Shown here piece by piece: positions 21,759-34,152 of a DNA stretch of 64,000 nt. Made by a program: the position numbers and the translations under genes. How positions within the stretch are numbered: position 1 is the first letter of the stretch; each line of letters opens with the position of its first letter. This DNA comes from Naegleria gruberi (Eukaryota). The notes under the pieces are model-generated. The model worked only from the letters and a program-made list of their open reading frames with translations, did no database searches and was not told where the DNA came from. Where the stretch lies: NCBI GenBank assembly GCA_000004985.1, contig GG738889.1; one strand, 5' to 3'.

Positions 21759-23852
21759 TTATTTATTAAAGATTGGTTTTAAAATAGTTTCTGAGGCATC
21801 AAATGGTTTGAAAATAAGTCCGTTTGAGTTTAAGATTTCCTTTGGATTGTCATAGAATAGACTGAGAATTGATTGCCTTCCAACTTGTCTTGGAATATTA
21901 GTACAAAACTTTACACTGTATACATCCTTTACAAGTTTAGAAAGCAATCTTTCATGAGGTTTCTTATCTTTGGTTTTTCTGGAAGCTGTCAGTAATACTT
22001 TCCATTTTTCTAGGAATAACAGCCACAACTCATGGTCATCCATGATATGTGGAAACCATCTCAATTCACAACAATTGCTCTCAATCATTCTGTCATCCAA
22101 AACTCTTGTTGGGAATAGCTTCTTTGCAAGCATTTTTCTATAAGTTGTTACAATTTCACATCCATCAAGCTCCATAATGACATTTGGAGGACAATGGCAG
22201 AATTTTTGTTGACCTTTTGGTGAAGTAACAAGAGAAATTCTAAGGGATAAGTGAGGCTTTGGTACTCCTTTGAATAGCATTCCAAGCTTACCAACAACAT
22301 TTTGTCTGTTAAATATGATATCTTCCTGAGGAATATCAACTGGCTGAGTTAATGACCCTCCCATTAAATACAACTCATAATTCTTTTGGTTTTGATAATC
22401 ACCGTTCATTATTGAAAAGTTTGCATGTCCACAAGTTATTTCATGATATAGCCCCTTTTCACCTTCAACAACAATAACAAATTCAAACACCAATTGTGCA
22501 TTCACATCTTCTGTCATTGTTCTGACAAGAATTCGATTGTCTAACTCATTGGTAAACTGCCATTCATCTGTTTTGTTTGGGTTCCAAAATGCTGAAATTT
22601 GATAAATATTTGAAATGTGCTCCCCATTTGACATTAGGGAAACATACACTTTTCTTTCAAGAACCTTAACACTATCAGATGACAGAGGAATGCCTCTAGC
22701 AACATACATGCTGACCTTAAAGCTCGTCGCATAAATTGGAAGAATGTTTTTTGTGCAAGTGTCCAGTGTTAAATCTAAGAAATTGATTCCAGAACTGTTG
22801 ATGGTAGGAGTCACGAATTTGGAAGTTGAATATTTTCCTGATTGTAAAACTGAATGGAATGAAGATGTTCTAAAGGAAGATGGAAGTGTCTTAAAAATAT
22901 TAATATACATTAATGGTGCTGGCTCGAACAGTGATTTACATTTCTCGAATAAATTTCTATTTCTATACATTGCTTCAATAAACTCTATTGAACAGTTAAA
23001 GAAACTTGATTCTGTTTTACTCACCTCCAATATCAATAACTCCGTCTCCATTTTTATCAATATTAGTTAATATCTCAGTTATTACTTCCACATCTTGTTT
23101 TGGATTCATTCTTCCATTTGTTGGAATTGATTCTAAAGCTTCCTTAAACTCGTCAAATGAAAGATATCCGTCTCCATTTTTATCAAGTTTATCAAAAAAT
23201 ACTTCTATTGCCTTTCGTTTCTTATTGTCATTTTCGAAAAGAACGTGATTAACCTTTTTCTTCATTAAGGTTGAAAACTGATTCATATCCAATAAACCAT
23301 CCTTTGATCCTGCCAAATGGAAGAGTTCATTGATATATTTTGGTGATGGATCTAACCCATAAGACCGAATGGCAACAGCTAATTCATTCTTTGAGATTAG
23401 CTCATCCCCGTCAGTATCTATCATCTTGAATGCTTTTTTCATTTCCTCAACAAAAATTATATCCGATCGATTGTAGTTGGCTGATGTTGTTGATGGAGTT
23501 GTTGTTTGTTTGCTTGCTATTGATGAAATTGCAATTGACACACTTTTAGGGGATGATTTTTTAGATGAAGCCACTGAATCTGTAGTAAATTGAGTACTTC
23601 CGCTGTACAATGATGGAGATGGTGAATGAAGAATGCCTTTAACTGGTGATTGTGTTTGTTGTTGTTGTTGATGAGCAGCAAGCAAATCCCTTGCAGACTG
23701 TACTTGTTTTGGTTGCTGATTTTTAATAACAACATTTTGAGTTGGTTGTACTTTTTGAACCACCTCTTCCTCATTCAATCTTTCCTCATCTCTGTAGGAG
23801 CTTGTTGTCTCCTCAGTTTCATAATAAGTTGAAGATGCAGTCCCTACACTCA
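21759..23852 (-). CDS. four-EF-hand protein fused to a large C-terminal beta-rich (C2-like?) domain, 2 exons
   Basis: complement(join(21759..22984,23035..23852)). ATG 23852 (MSVGTASS...). EF loops DTDGDELISKNE, (KDGLLDMNQF), DKNGDGYLSFDE, DKNGDGVIDIG|E. A 50-nt intron (G|GTGAGT...CAATAG|) splits the last loop, so codon GAG (E12) is restored and the exit helix FIEAMYRNRNLFEK follows in the frame of the long downstream ORF. The ORF-track ORFs 23017..23907 and 21759..23060 are the two halves of this one gene. Confidence 0.6.
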
Positions 23853-23895
23853 TTTTTTTAAAGCAGTTTTTGGTGATTTGTAGTTGGTGGGAATA

Positions 23896-23910
23896 TTTTT
23901 GGCGCAAATT
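23896..23910. promoter_or_regulatory. E2F-like element TTTTTGGCGCAAATT, 44 bp upstream of the EF-hand/C2-like gene ATG (23852) and 214 bp upstream of MPG (divergent promoter)
   Basis: TTTGGCGC core = TTTSSCGC consensus. Confidence 0.35.
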
Positions 23911-24123
23911 CGTTCTTACTTACAGTGGGAAATATGAAGCTCAATGACAATCAGCAGGGTTTTTGATAAACGAAAATGACAAGTTTTAAAGTGAGAAGGT
24001 GTGTTGGTCATGTTTTGTAACAAGCAGAATAGTTGAATTGCAACTTCCAGTTGCCAAAGGCCACAAAATATTCTTCAAATTCAGAGAAATCGCCGTTAAA
24101 TAATCACCTACAATTACAAAAAA

Positions 24124-25134
24124 ATGAGCAAAAGAAAACAAGAAGAAATCTCCACAACAGATTCGGCCACTTCAGAAGTGACATCATCAAGTAGCGATAC
24201 CAAGAAGGTAAAAATTGATGAAAATGCTATCATTACCAAATTAAAAGAATTAGATTCTTGTAAATCTTTCAAAACAATCAAGGAATTTGAAGATACCTTC
24301 GTTTCAATCTCTGATTATTTATTTAACAACACAGAACTTGTTGTTAAAGATAAAACATATAGATTAGCGGAACTTGAATATTATTTTACATGTCCTCCTG
24401 TTCACAATGATCCGTTCTCTCATTGTCATGATTTACAAGCAACTAGAGGAGAGTGGTATTTCCATCAATCATTGGCTAAAACAAATGACAATAATTATAA
24501 AGGAGGTTCCTATAAAGGCTTGGATATTTCGATTGGTAGTGCTGGATTTAAAGGTGGAATTTTAATTAGAAGTTTATTGAAGTCTGACAACAAAACACTT
24601 GTCGAAGGTCCATCAAAATGTGTTGATGAAATAATTGGAGCCTATGATTGTGATAATATTCAAGAATTTGTTACTAAATGTTTTAAAGGACAAAAACATT
24701 TTCAAGCCTTGAGTACAAGTTCAGCATTCTACTTGAAACCAATTGATACTCCATACAGTGATACTATGGTTAAGAGTGCTAGAGTTGGTTTAACTCTAAA
24801 ACAAAAAACTCAACAAAAAGAAAGAGTAGAATATATTTTCAAACCATACAGACATTGTCTCAAAGCTAAGGATATTAAAAAGGGTAAACATTTAATGACC
24901 ATTATCCTTTATAGAGATTTGATGAAGGCAGGGGAAAGTGGTGTTGTTAAGAAGGTCGAAACAGCAACAGGAAGTTCAGGACTTTCAAAATATTTTGACA
25001 CTTATGAAGAACAAACCGACTCTGCCTTTGCTGATGTTGACAGTATTGACATATCCAAATTAGGAGATTATAGTAAGGATTTCACAACCAAACAAATTTA
25101 TGAACTAGGAGGTATTCTAAGAAATATTTTCTAG
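24124..25134 (+). CDS. MPG: DNA-3-methyladenine glycosylase (MPG/AAG family)
   Basis: AELEYYFTCPPVHNDPFSHCHD...GEWYF vs MPG ETEAYLGPED.AAHSRGG..T.RN.GMF..PG.LYVY; LVEGPSKCVDEIIGAYD vs LCSGPSKLCQAL.I; C-terminal VKSARVGLTLKQ....R.EYIFKPYRH vs AARVGV.....W...P.RFYV.GSP. Single ORF, 336 aa. Confidence 0.55.
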   Translation: MSKRKQEEISTTDSATSEVTSSSSDTKKVKIDENAIITKLKELDSCKSFKTIKEFEDTFVSISDYLFNNTELVVKDKTYRLAELEYYFTCPPVHNDPFSHCHDLQATRGEWYFHQSLAKTNDNNYKGGSYKGLDISIGSAGFKGGILIRSLLKSDNKTLVEGPSKCVDEIIGAYDCDNIQEFVTKCFKGQKHFQALSTSSAFYLKPIDTPYSDTMVKSARVGLTLKQKTQQKERVEYIFKPYRHCLKAKDIKKGKHLMTIILYRDLMKAGESGVVKKVETATGSSGLSKYFDTYEEQTDSAFADVDSIDISKLGDYSKDFTTKQIYELGGILRNIF

Positions 25135-25140
25135 ACCTAT

Positions 25141-25701
25141 TTATTTATGTAATTTAGATTCAATTAATTTTTGCAAATAAACATATTTGTCAGTCACACC
25201 TTCCCAATTAACTGAGAATGATTGTTGTAATTTTGAAGAGAATTCTTCACTATGGTACACTTTAAGGAAGCTCTTTTGCATAATGGCTAATACATCCTTG
25301 TGCATTACTGCCATCACAACTTGATATAACATAAAGATCAATGCTCCATGAACAATAAAGAACATAATCTTGGTAATAAATAAACTATTTTCATCCATCC
25401 AAACCACAACTATTATCATTAAGGAAAAGATAAAAACCAAAATCATAATTGCCGATGTACCAGTTATAATGAAATCTTCGCTTAAATCTTGAGAAAATTG
25501 ATTTTTAAATGAAATAAACCATATTGTTAGAGTGACAATAAGGAAAGATAACATTAGATGATGCTTGGCCATGAAGGATGTTTTCCCTGACGAACAGGCA
25601 AATCCACAAGTTAACATAAAAGAGAGCCAATAAATTAAACTAGGGGTAATAAATAATAAAACAATTCCTAACAACACATTAATCTCGACCAAGGATGACA
25701 T
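25141..25701 (-). CDS. hypothetical 4-TM membrane protein, 186 aa
   Basis: Uninterrupted ORF with four hydrophobic helices (VLLGIVLLFITPSLIYWLSFML; LMLSFLIVTLTIWFISF; AIMILVFIFSLMIIVVVW; IMFFIVHGALIFMLYQVVMAV). Confidence 0.45.
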   Translation of the reverse strand: MSSLVEINVLLGIVLLFITPSLIYWLSFMLTCGFACSSGKTSFMAKHHLMLSFLIVTLTIWFISFKNQFSQDLSEDFIITGTSAIMILVFIFSLMIIVVVWMDENSLFITKIMFFIVHGALIFMLYQVVMAVMHKDVLAIMQKSFLKVYHSEEFSSKLQQSFSVNWEGVTDKYVYLQKLIESKLHK

Positions 25702-25718
25702 TTTTTAATGAATGAAAA

Positions 25719-25732
25719 TTAGGCGCCAAAAT
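25719..25732. promoter_or_regulatory. E2F-like element TTAGGCGCCAAAAT, about 20 bp upstream of ATG 25701 (minus-strand gene)
   Basis: GCGCCAAA = reverse complement of TTTGGCGC. Confidence 0.35.
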
Positions 25733-26427
25733 ATTATCTTCCCTTAAAAGTTCCTCTTTAGTGAAAGCCTTATTTCATCACTAATACAAAACAATCAATA
25801 AATTGCATTTCAAAACCTCAGATTATTTGTCTTTTTATGGACATTGTTAAAAGATATTTATTAGTGATTTTTATCGAATCGTTAAAATCACCGATAATAC
25901 ATGAACAATAAAACAATTTGAATGTAACTCTATTGGTCATATATTCACTACATCATCCAATGTTAATAGACTGTCATTTTACCATCATAAAGTCATACTT
26001 TATTGTAAATACAGTATTAATAAATACATTAAGGGAATATAAAGGACAATGATGGTGTCTTCATCTCTCAATAAGAAGAACAGCCATACCTTTTTTAGAA
26101 ACGTAATGCTCCTTATTTGCCCTTCCAAAAGGCCAGAGATATTAAATTGCTCAATAAACTATTGATGGTGAAGCGACACAAACACATGCTGCAACAACTC
26201 ACCGAACACACCAGGTAAGCGAAGAAGAAGGCGGAAACTTCACCAGCCTTCCAATTCTTTTTTATTCCCAGAGGTGAAGACCTCTCTATTAGGCTCTCCA
26301 CACACAAAAAAATTGAAACAACAAGAAACTTGGGAGATTGAAGAGACAAAACCTATCTCGGAATACTTCCCATTCACTTTCCTATCACCATTCATATTAT
26401 TTATTTAACCCTACTAGTTAGTTCGAG

Positions 26428-27104
26428 ATGGTAAGTAGAAACTTCTTGTTGTTCAAAACAATCTTAATAATCATATGATAGATACAAGCATTAGGCCATC
26501 AAAAATTGTCCAATCACTTTTGCAATTCACTTAAAGAAAGTTTTAGAAGGGAGGAAATCCATCAACGATCCTGGATGGAAAAAGAAGAAAAATTGAACCG
26601 TTCTTTGTCCCCTCCTAAAACTTGTAGAAATTATTCAACCACTTCCTCAAATAGTAAAACAAGGTCATCCTCAACAAAACATAGCCACAACATTTCATCC
26701 TTCGATAATTCATTGTTGTCTTCCAAGAAGAGTATTGTTAGTAATTCTTCTTTGAAGAGTAGTAACAGCACTTGGAATAAGACTATCTCTGATTTAGTTG
26801 ATACTGCTGAAATTGGATGGGGAGTAAAAAAACAAGAAAATGAAGAAGAAGAATTTTCATTGGATCTTGGACAATTAACTTCTAAATATAATAAGAAGAG
26901 TATCATACAAAGCGAGTTTTATGATAATTCTCATTTTGGTATGTATTAGTATTTTCCATAATTTTTATTTAACTTTTATTGTTTTTAGAGGGATTCCTTA
27001 CACATAGACGAGCTCCACCTTCTCTCTGCACATCACTTAAATCAAATAACCCATCGAGAAATCACAAAAAGACAAAAAAGAGAAAGGATTTAATTTTTGA
27101 TTAA
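26428..27104 (+). CDS. hypothetical S-rich protein; model with ATG-only first exon
   Basis: join(26428..26430,26482..26938,26989..27104). ATG|GTAAGT at 26428-26436; 51-nt intron ending GATAG|; exon 2 in the frame of ORF 26506..26949 (MIQALGHQKLSNHFCNSLKESFRREE...). Second intron G|GTATGT...TTTTAG| (50 nt); terminal exon EGFLTHRRAPPSLCTSLKSNNPSRNHKKTKKRKDLIFD*. Speculative. Confidence 0.3.
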
Positions 27105-27247
27105 AAAGGTTTTGAATAAAATTGTGTAAATAATATTCTTCCAGATTGATTATTTTGATAACTTGTAATTGATTGGAACAATTTTAGTGAAATTGATTTG
27201 TAAAATCTTATCCAATTTAATTTTAATAAAACAATTTTTCAAAAAAA

Positions 27248-28116
27248 TGATAAAACGGATTTCCAGGCTAAAACACACTCCCGATGTGGTTAACATTAGG
27301 AAGAGTTTCATCAACATTTCATTCCGAAACAAAAGATATTATCTTGGATTGGATATATCATCAGCCAAGACTGGTTATTCAATTTTAAGTGATGAAGGTG
27401 CTGCTCTTGAATGTGGACTTTTTGACACACAACACATCTTTGACTCTCAAGAATTTGGATTATTCATGAAGGAAAATTTTAGGAATATTGCACAACGATA
27501 TAAATCAGATGAACAGGATGAGTGGATTGTTGGAGCTGAAGAATTTTTATTGAAATTCAATGACAAATCAACAGCAAATACTATTGCCAAGTTGTCAAAT
27601 TGTAACACTTTGGCATGTTATGAGTGTAGAAATGAATTACCTGTTAAAAAATTATTTAAATTCAATGTTAATGCAGCTAGATCATTCTTTGATATTAAAA
27701 GAGAGGAGAAAAAGAGTGAAAAAAAGTCCAAACTAAATGTGTTTAATACTTTAAAACATTTACTCCCAAAGGATTATGAAATTAGATATGGAAGAGCTGG
27801 AAATTTACATGAATCTAACTTTGATGTTACTGATTCATTATTGATTTCCTTGTACACATTTGTTAAATATAATGCTTGCGAAAACACTTTGAACTTTTTG
27901 AATCTTTTATCGAGCCATAGAGACAAAACTATTAGGAAAGAACTTATTGAATTATCATTATCTTTGAATCCACTAATTACTCAAGATTTGGAAGATGACG
28001 ATAAAATACTTTACCTTTTGGACAACTATTCATCTGCAAAAGATCACTTATTCATTCTATTTAAAAAGAATTTTCAGAAAGAATATGGACCTCATTTTAA
28101 TATAAATATTAATTAA
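27248..28116 (+). CDS. RNase-H-fold protein resembling mitochondrial Holliday-junction resolvase (Ydc2/CCE1-like)
   Basis: ATG 27248. N-terminal basic presequence-like stretch, then YYLGLDISSAKTGYSIL (RuvC/Ydc2-type first beta-strand with catalytic Asp). Family call from the motif only. Confidence 0.35.
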
Positions 28117-31100
28117 TTTTGACAGAACGGACATTTGCCATTGTTTTTCAGCATTTCAAACTCAAAATCTTCTTGTTGGAAGAAGAGATTACAATGATTA
28201 CATTGCACAATTGGGAAGTTTGGTATAATACATTTGAAAAAGTGTCTCTTGATAAGAGGATTCTTCCAATCTACAATAAATACATCTTCTCTTCTGAAAG
28301 ATTTCAACATTTCTCTGTTAACCTTTACAATCTTACCATCAATATTCAATAAAGCCTTACTAAACAAGTCTGTGAGAGTCATGTCTTCGTAAGGTTCCTC
28401 AGAATCTTGATCAAGACGAAGGGATTGAACATTTGCACTGCTTTTTTGCTCTCTCCATTTATCTCCTCCCTTTTTTCCTTGCATGCTTGGAGGTGTTTGG
28501 TTTATCAGCTTGATAGCCTCTTCTTCTTCAATTCCTTCTTCCAATTCAAACTCGACAAGTGGTAGAATGTGATATGAGAGAGGTGATCTCTGGAATGTAT
28601 GACTACAGTTAACGCAGCAATCAACACCTTTTTCATTCAGGAATGGATTGGATGCTGAACATCTAAAACAAATTGGAATACATTCCTCATTATTCCTCAT
28701 TGGCTTACTGTGAATGGAAATACTTGACAACTCAATTTCATCCATAATTGGTTTTGGAAGCCTCAAATGTTGAATATTTTGATACACTTCTCTAGCCAAT
28801 TTGTAGTTTTCTAACGATAAACCGAGTTTAGCCATCGTCACTGTAACTGTTATCCTAGAAATAGATTTAGGCAAGTTAGAAACATCTAAATTGTTATAAA
28901 GGAATAAGCAAGCATTGAACAGATGTCTGGTATCGCAAGAGTTGAATGGAAGTTCGGAGAATTTGTGTACAATGTCATAAGCAAAATAAATTTGACTGAG
29001 TTGATAATACTTTTCAAACTTTTTGATTTCCTGCCAGACAGATTCTGTTATTTGGGATTCATTCTTTGTTGTATGCATCAACTCATTGGCAACTTTCCAC
29101 AAGTAGTATGATGCGTCCTTGAATCTGTTTTCTTCAATAGCGTTTTGAGCAAGTTCTTCAATGATTTTCATTGCCTTTTCTGGTTTGTTAGCCTTTCTGA
29201 AAGCCACTTGAGCTTCATCAAATTTGTCTTCAATTGCTAAATTTTCAGCATAAGGAAGATATACTTCTGCTGAGAATTCTGGGTTCTTTTCAAGAATTTC
29301 GAAAGCTTGTTCCCACTTTTGAGCACTAACAAACAATTTGATAAGGGATGGGAAGTCACCAATCTTTTGATAGGCTTCCTTGGCGGCATCATACATCTTG
29401 TTCTTTCTAAAGTACTCAGCACACATAGCAACACCTTTGGTTTCGTTGCTGTTCAAGTTTCTGCATGTCTCTTGTAGCATATCAAACCATTTGTTATCGC
29501 CCATGATTTGAATAGCTTTCTCATAGTTACCTGCAGCAGCATACAACTCTGCAGCAGATCTATGATCAGTGTCTTCCTCAGCTGTTCTAGCTTGACGCAG
29601 AATCATATCTGTTAGGTTGATATTATCGTAGGTAATGGCAAGATCTTTTGCTTCTTTCCATTTTCTCAAATCGCACAACATATCCATAGCCATATCTGCT
29701 CTGCCTCCCTTAACAAACATTTTAGATGCTTCATCAAATTTACCTTGGTAAGCATGTATTTCAGCAACGAATAGATCTCTGTTGAATTGATTTTGCTTAA
29801 TGAGCTTTTCATATTTGTCAATCAAAGAAATAAATTTGGTGTCTTCGATTCTATTGAAACATTTTCTGGCAATATCTAAATTGACTCCCAAAAGAGCTTG
29901 AACACCCAAAAATCTCCAATCGGTTTCTGTCACTCCAAGACAAGCAATTTTGTATCCTTCAGTAAAATCAGCCTTTTCGATATATCTGTACAAGGTTGCT
30001 GATTGAGGAACATCTACAGTACTCATAGATACTTGATGTAAACAGAACACCTTTGAACCAATAAATCCAACTACTAATCCTTGAAGTTTGTGAGAATTGA
30101 CTGGGAAGTTTTCTGTCTTAATATTCAAAATACCAGATCCAGAATAACACAACATATTTTCATGTTCTGAATTCCAAGCAACACCTTCAGCATTCTTTTC
30201 TTGGTAAACGTATTTCTTATCCTTTAAATCATAAACCATCAAATCATTATTTTGGTCTACCAAAGCTAATCTTCTTCTAGACATATTCAAATCCAAACTT
30301 TTGATGGAATAGTCATGCTTCAGAAGTTGAACAGGGAAAGGGTTATCAACGAAAATCTTGAGGATAGATCCGTTAGCCAGACCAACTAGGATTGCTTCTT
30401 TGAATGGTGGACCACCAATTACTTTGATGTATTTAATTGGAGCTTCCAAATCCCAAACTCTTTGGAGGTTTCCTTTGAAATCGTAAAGATGCAACTCTTT
30501 TTCATGACAGAATATCAAATTTCCGTAAGTAACAACAAGCATGTTGCATTCGATATCTTTCACAATTTTCTCGACCAATCTGTATTGCAATTCTTCATCT
30601 CCTTCTTCACCTTCGTTCTCATTCTTATTTTGGGTTAATTCAATGACATGGATCTTGTTCTTCATTTGAATTGCCATTCTGTCTTTATAAATAGCTATCT
30701 TTTTAACGTAATCTTTGCATCTTATGGTTACTTTCTTATCGTTTACTAAGTCTTGAACAACTACATCTGTCATGGAGTCTCTAAAAGCATACAAATTGCC
30801 ATATAAACTATGTACAGTAATAAAATCCAATTTTTGAACTTGAAGCAAGCCATTATTTGTACCAATAGCCTTTCATAATAATCAGTATCAAAATTATTAC
30901 CAATTACTTACAACAAAGTTTTGGTTTGGTTTTTGAGCTACACTCCAAATCCATCCTTGATGTTTTGAAACAGGAACTAATTGAACACCATCCTTATTCC
31001 ATAATGATACTTCACCAGAAGTTCCACCAATACATAAATATTCTCCATTTGAAAAATAGGAAACTGTACAAGGATCAAATCCTAATTTTTGATCCTTAAT

Positions 31101-31841
31101 AATTTGCTTTCCACTCAAGTGATAAAATGAAATTGTTTGATCCCAACAACCAACAGCAAGAATATCATATTGTTCATCTCTTGAAGGGTTAAATGAAATT
31201 GTCCAAATAGGATCTGATCTAGCAAAGCTTACTAATTCTTTTCCTTCTCTATTATAAATTCTAACACTTCCGTCAAAAAATCCAAGAGCCATGTGCTGGC
31301 CATCACTTGTCCAACTGCAACACAGAATTTTGGAATTAACTTTAACTTTCTTTACTTCCTTTTCATCTTGGGACCACAAACCAAAATCTGTACAAGCACA
31401 ACTCAGCAATTGATTAGTTGTTGGATTGAATTCTAAACATTGAATAGAATCATTATGAGTAAATTTGAGTTTTGGTTCTCCAAGGTGAGTCCATAAAATT
31501 ACACTATTGTCAGCACTAATGATGTTTCAGTAATCATGATGAAGTTGTTAAACATACCCTCCCGAAGCAAATGTTTTACCATCTTTAACAAAAGAAAGAC
31601 AATATACATTATCCGTGTGTCCTCTACATTGTTTGATAAACTCTCCGGTAGTGGAATTGTACATCAAAACGTGTCTATAACTTGCACAAACAAGCACAGT
31701 ACCATCAGGTGAATAACAAACAGCATACACAGCTGTTGGTGCTCCACTTTTATCAGTCTATCCGCATCACCATCATATCAGTATACAACAAATTACTACA
31801 AAACCTACATAACTATCACCCCACAGTGTAGATGTCTTCAT
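28113..31841 (-). CDS. IFT122: intraflagellar transport protein 122 (IFT-A subunit), 4 exons, 1197 aa
   Basis: complement(join(28113..30869,30912..31515,31558..31757,31809..31841)). MKTSTLWGDSY|TDKSGAPTAVYAVCYSPDGT... (human [25 protein letters not shown]); FASGG|(G)ADNSVILW (human FASGSADKSVIIW); ...QNFV|AIGTNNGLLQ; LYAFRDSMTDVVVQDL (human RYAYRDSMTDVIVQHL); YIKVIGGPP; C-terminal Cys-rich CIPICFRCS..CCVNC...CPFCQ. Introns 51, 42 and 42 nt; donors GTAGGT, GTATGT, GTAAGT; phases consistent. Confidence 0.9.
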
Positions 31842-31868
31842 TTTTTTAAGGTTGTGTTTGTAGTTAAT

Positions 31869-31880
31869 TTTGGCGCCAAA
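31869..31880. promoter_or_regulatory. perfect palindrome TTTGGCGCCAAA, 28 bp upstream of IFT122 ATG (31841); divergent with gene 32051
   Basis: Exact 12-bp palindrome matching the classical E2F site. Confidence 0.4.
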
Positions 31881-32050
31881 CCAATTATTACTTCTACAAT
31901 GTTGAAAAATTGTATGCCATTAGAAAGTTTCTCATTTAGTGTCACTTAAATCGTGGTGGGAAAACATTGTATACAATTATAATATTGCTTTTTAATGATA
32001 AAGCAGAGAGAACTTGCAAACACATTCCGATCAACTTTCAATCATAAAAA

Positions 32051-32823
32051 ATGTGCCAATTTATCTTTGAGGATGATGACAAGGAATCACGTTCTGATTA
32101 TGAATTTTCTAGAGAACGTAAAATATTAGGAAGCATTTGTAGTGTCGGATTTTGCTCTGTATATATTATATTATTTGCTGTAATTCTTGGTGTAAATATT
32201 TCGTGGTCAACTCCACCAACATTGAATTGTTCGATATCGAGTGAATTGACAACAAGTTTATCAACACAAATATCACAAATTAATTTAAAAAGAAATATAT
32301 TTAATCATTATATTGATATTTCGATAGATAATAATTTATTTGCAAAATTAAAAAGTCGTTCCGTCTTGGGATATCCAATGACAATAGATTTGACATCAAA
32401 CAAGGATTCATCACTTGGTGATTCGTATGCTCTTGATGAAGTTGGAACAAGTGGTCATAATTTAACTATCCGTAATTGTAATGGTACTTTTATTGGAAAT
32501 ATAAAACAACAATATGATTCTGTGTGGAGTGATTTCATCATTAATAATTTCAATTCTAGGCCAATAATGAAAATTACAGAAAAGAGACAAATCTCACCAA
32601 AAGAATTTTATATTTATGATTATGATAATTCTAAAACTCTTATTGGAACTATTTCACAAAACCCAGCTGCTTGGGGAGACGGTATGTTTTTGATTTAATA
32701 TTTTGAAGTTTGACATTTTTAGAATGGACACTTTCTTTAAATTCAACAATTGTTTCAAAGAATGTTTCTATTGATAGAAGATTACTTTTATTCCTAGTTT
32801 CATCTATTTCGTATTCAAAATAA
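32051..32823 (+). CDS. hypothetical membrane protein (N-terminal TM; tubby/scramblase-like beta-rich body?), possible 41-nt 3' intron
   Basis: ORF 32051..32698. Optional splice G|GTATGT (32682) to TTTTAG| (32722) replaces the C-terminus GMFLI* with EWTLSLNSTIVSKNVSIDRRLLLFLVSSISYSK*, which has a hydrophobic tail. If used, the stop at 32821-32823 abuts the PRMT1 stop on the opposite strand. Confidence 0.35.
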
Positions 32824-32824
32824 A

Positions 32825-33980
<1,156 letters not shown>

Positions 33981-34152
33981 TTTTTATTCTTTCAATTTTT
34001 ATTTTCTTCAAAGAATATGATGAATAATTTCATTTTCAATTATTGTTGAATGATGGTTGTTGGAGAGAATCTTTTGACAATGGATGATGCGAATCTTTGC
34101 TTTTTATCATGATTTCAATAAGTTTATTCAATAATTTTATAGAGATGTTGTT

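Noticed and set aside
21725-21761. Possible single gene joining the EF-hand/C2-like protein to the downstream calmodulin-like protein (same frame, 33 bp apart)
   Set aside because: An in-frame TAA at 21759-21761 with no plausible intron to remove it; treated as two genes, but flagged in findings
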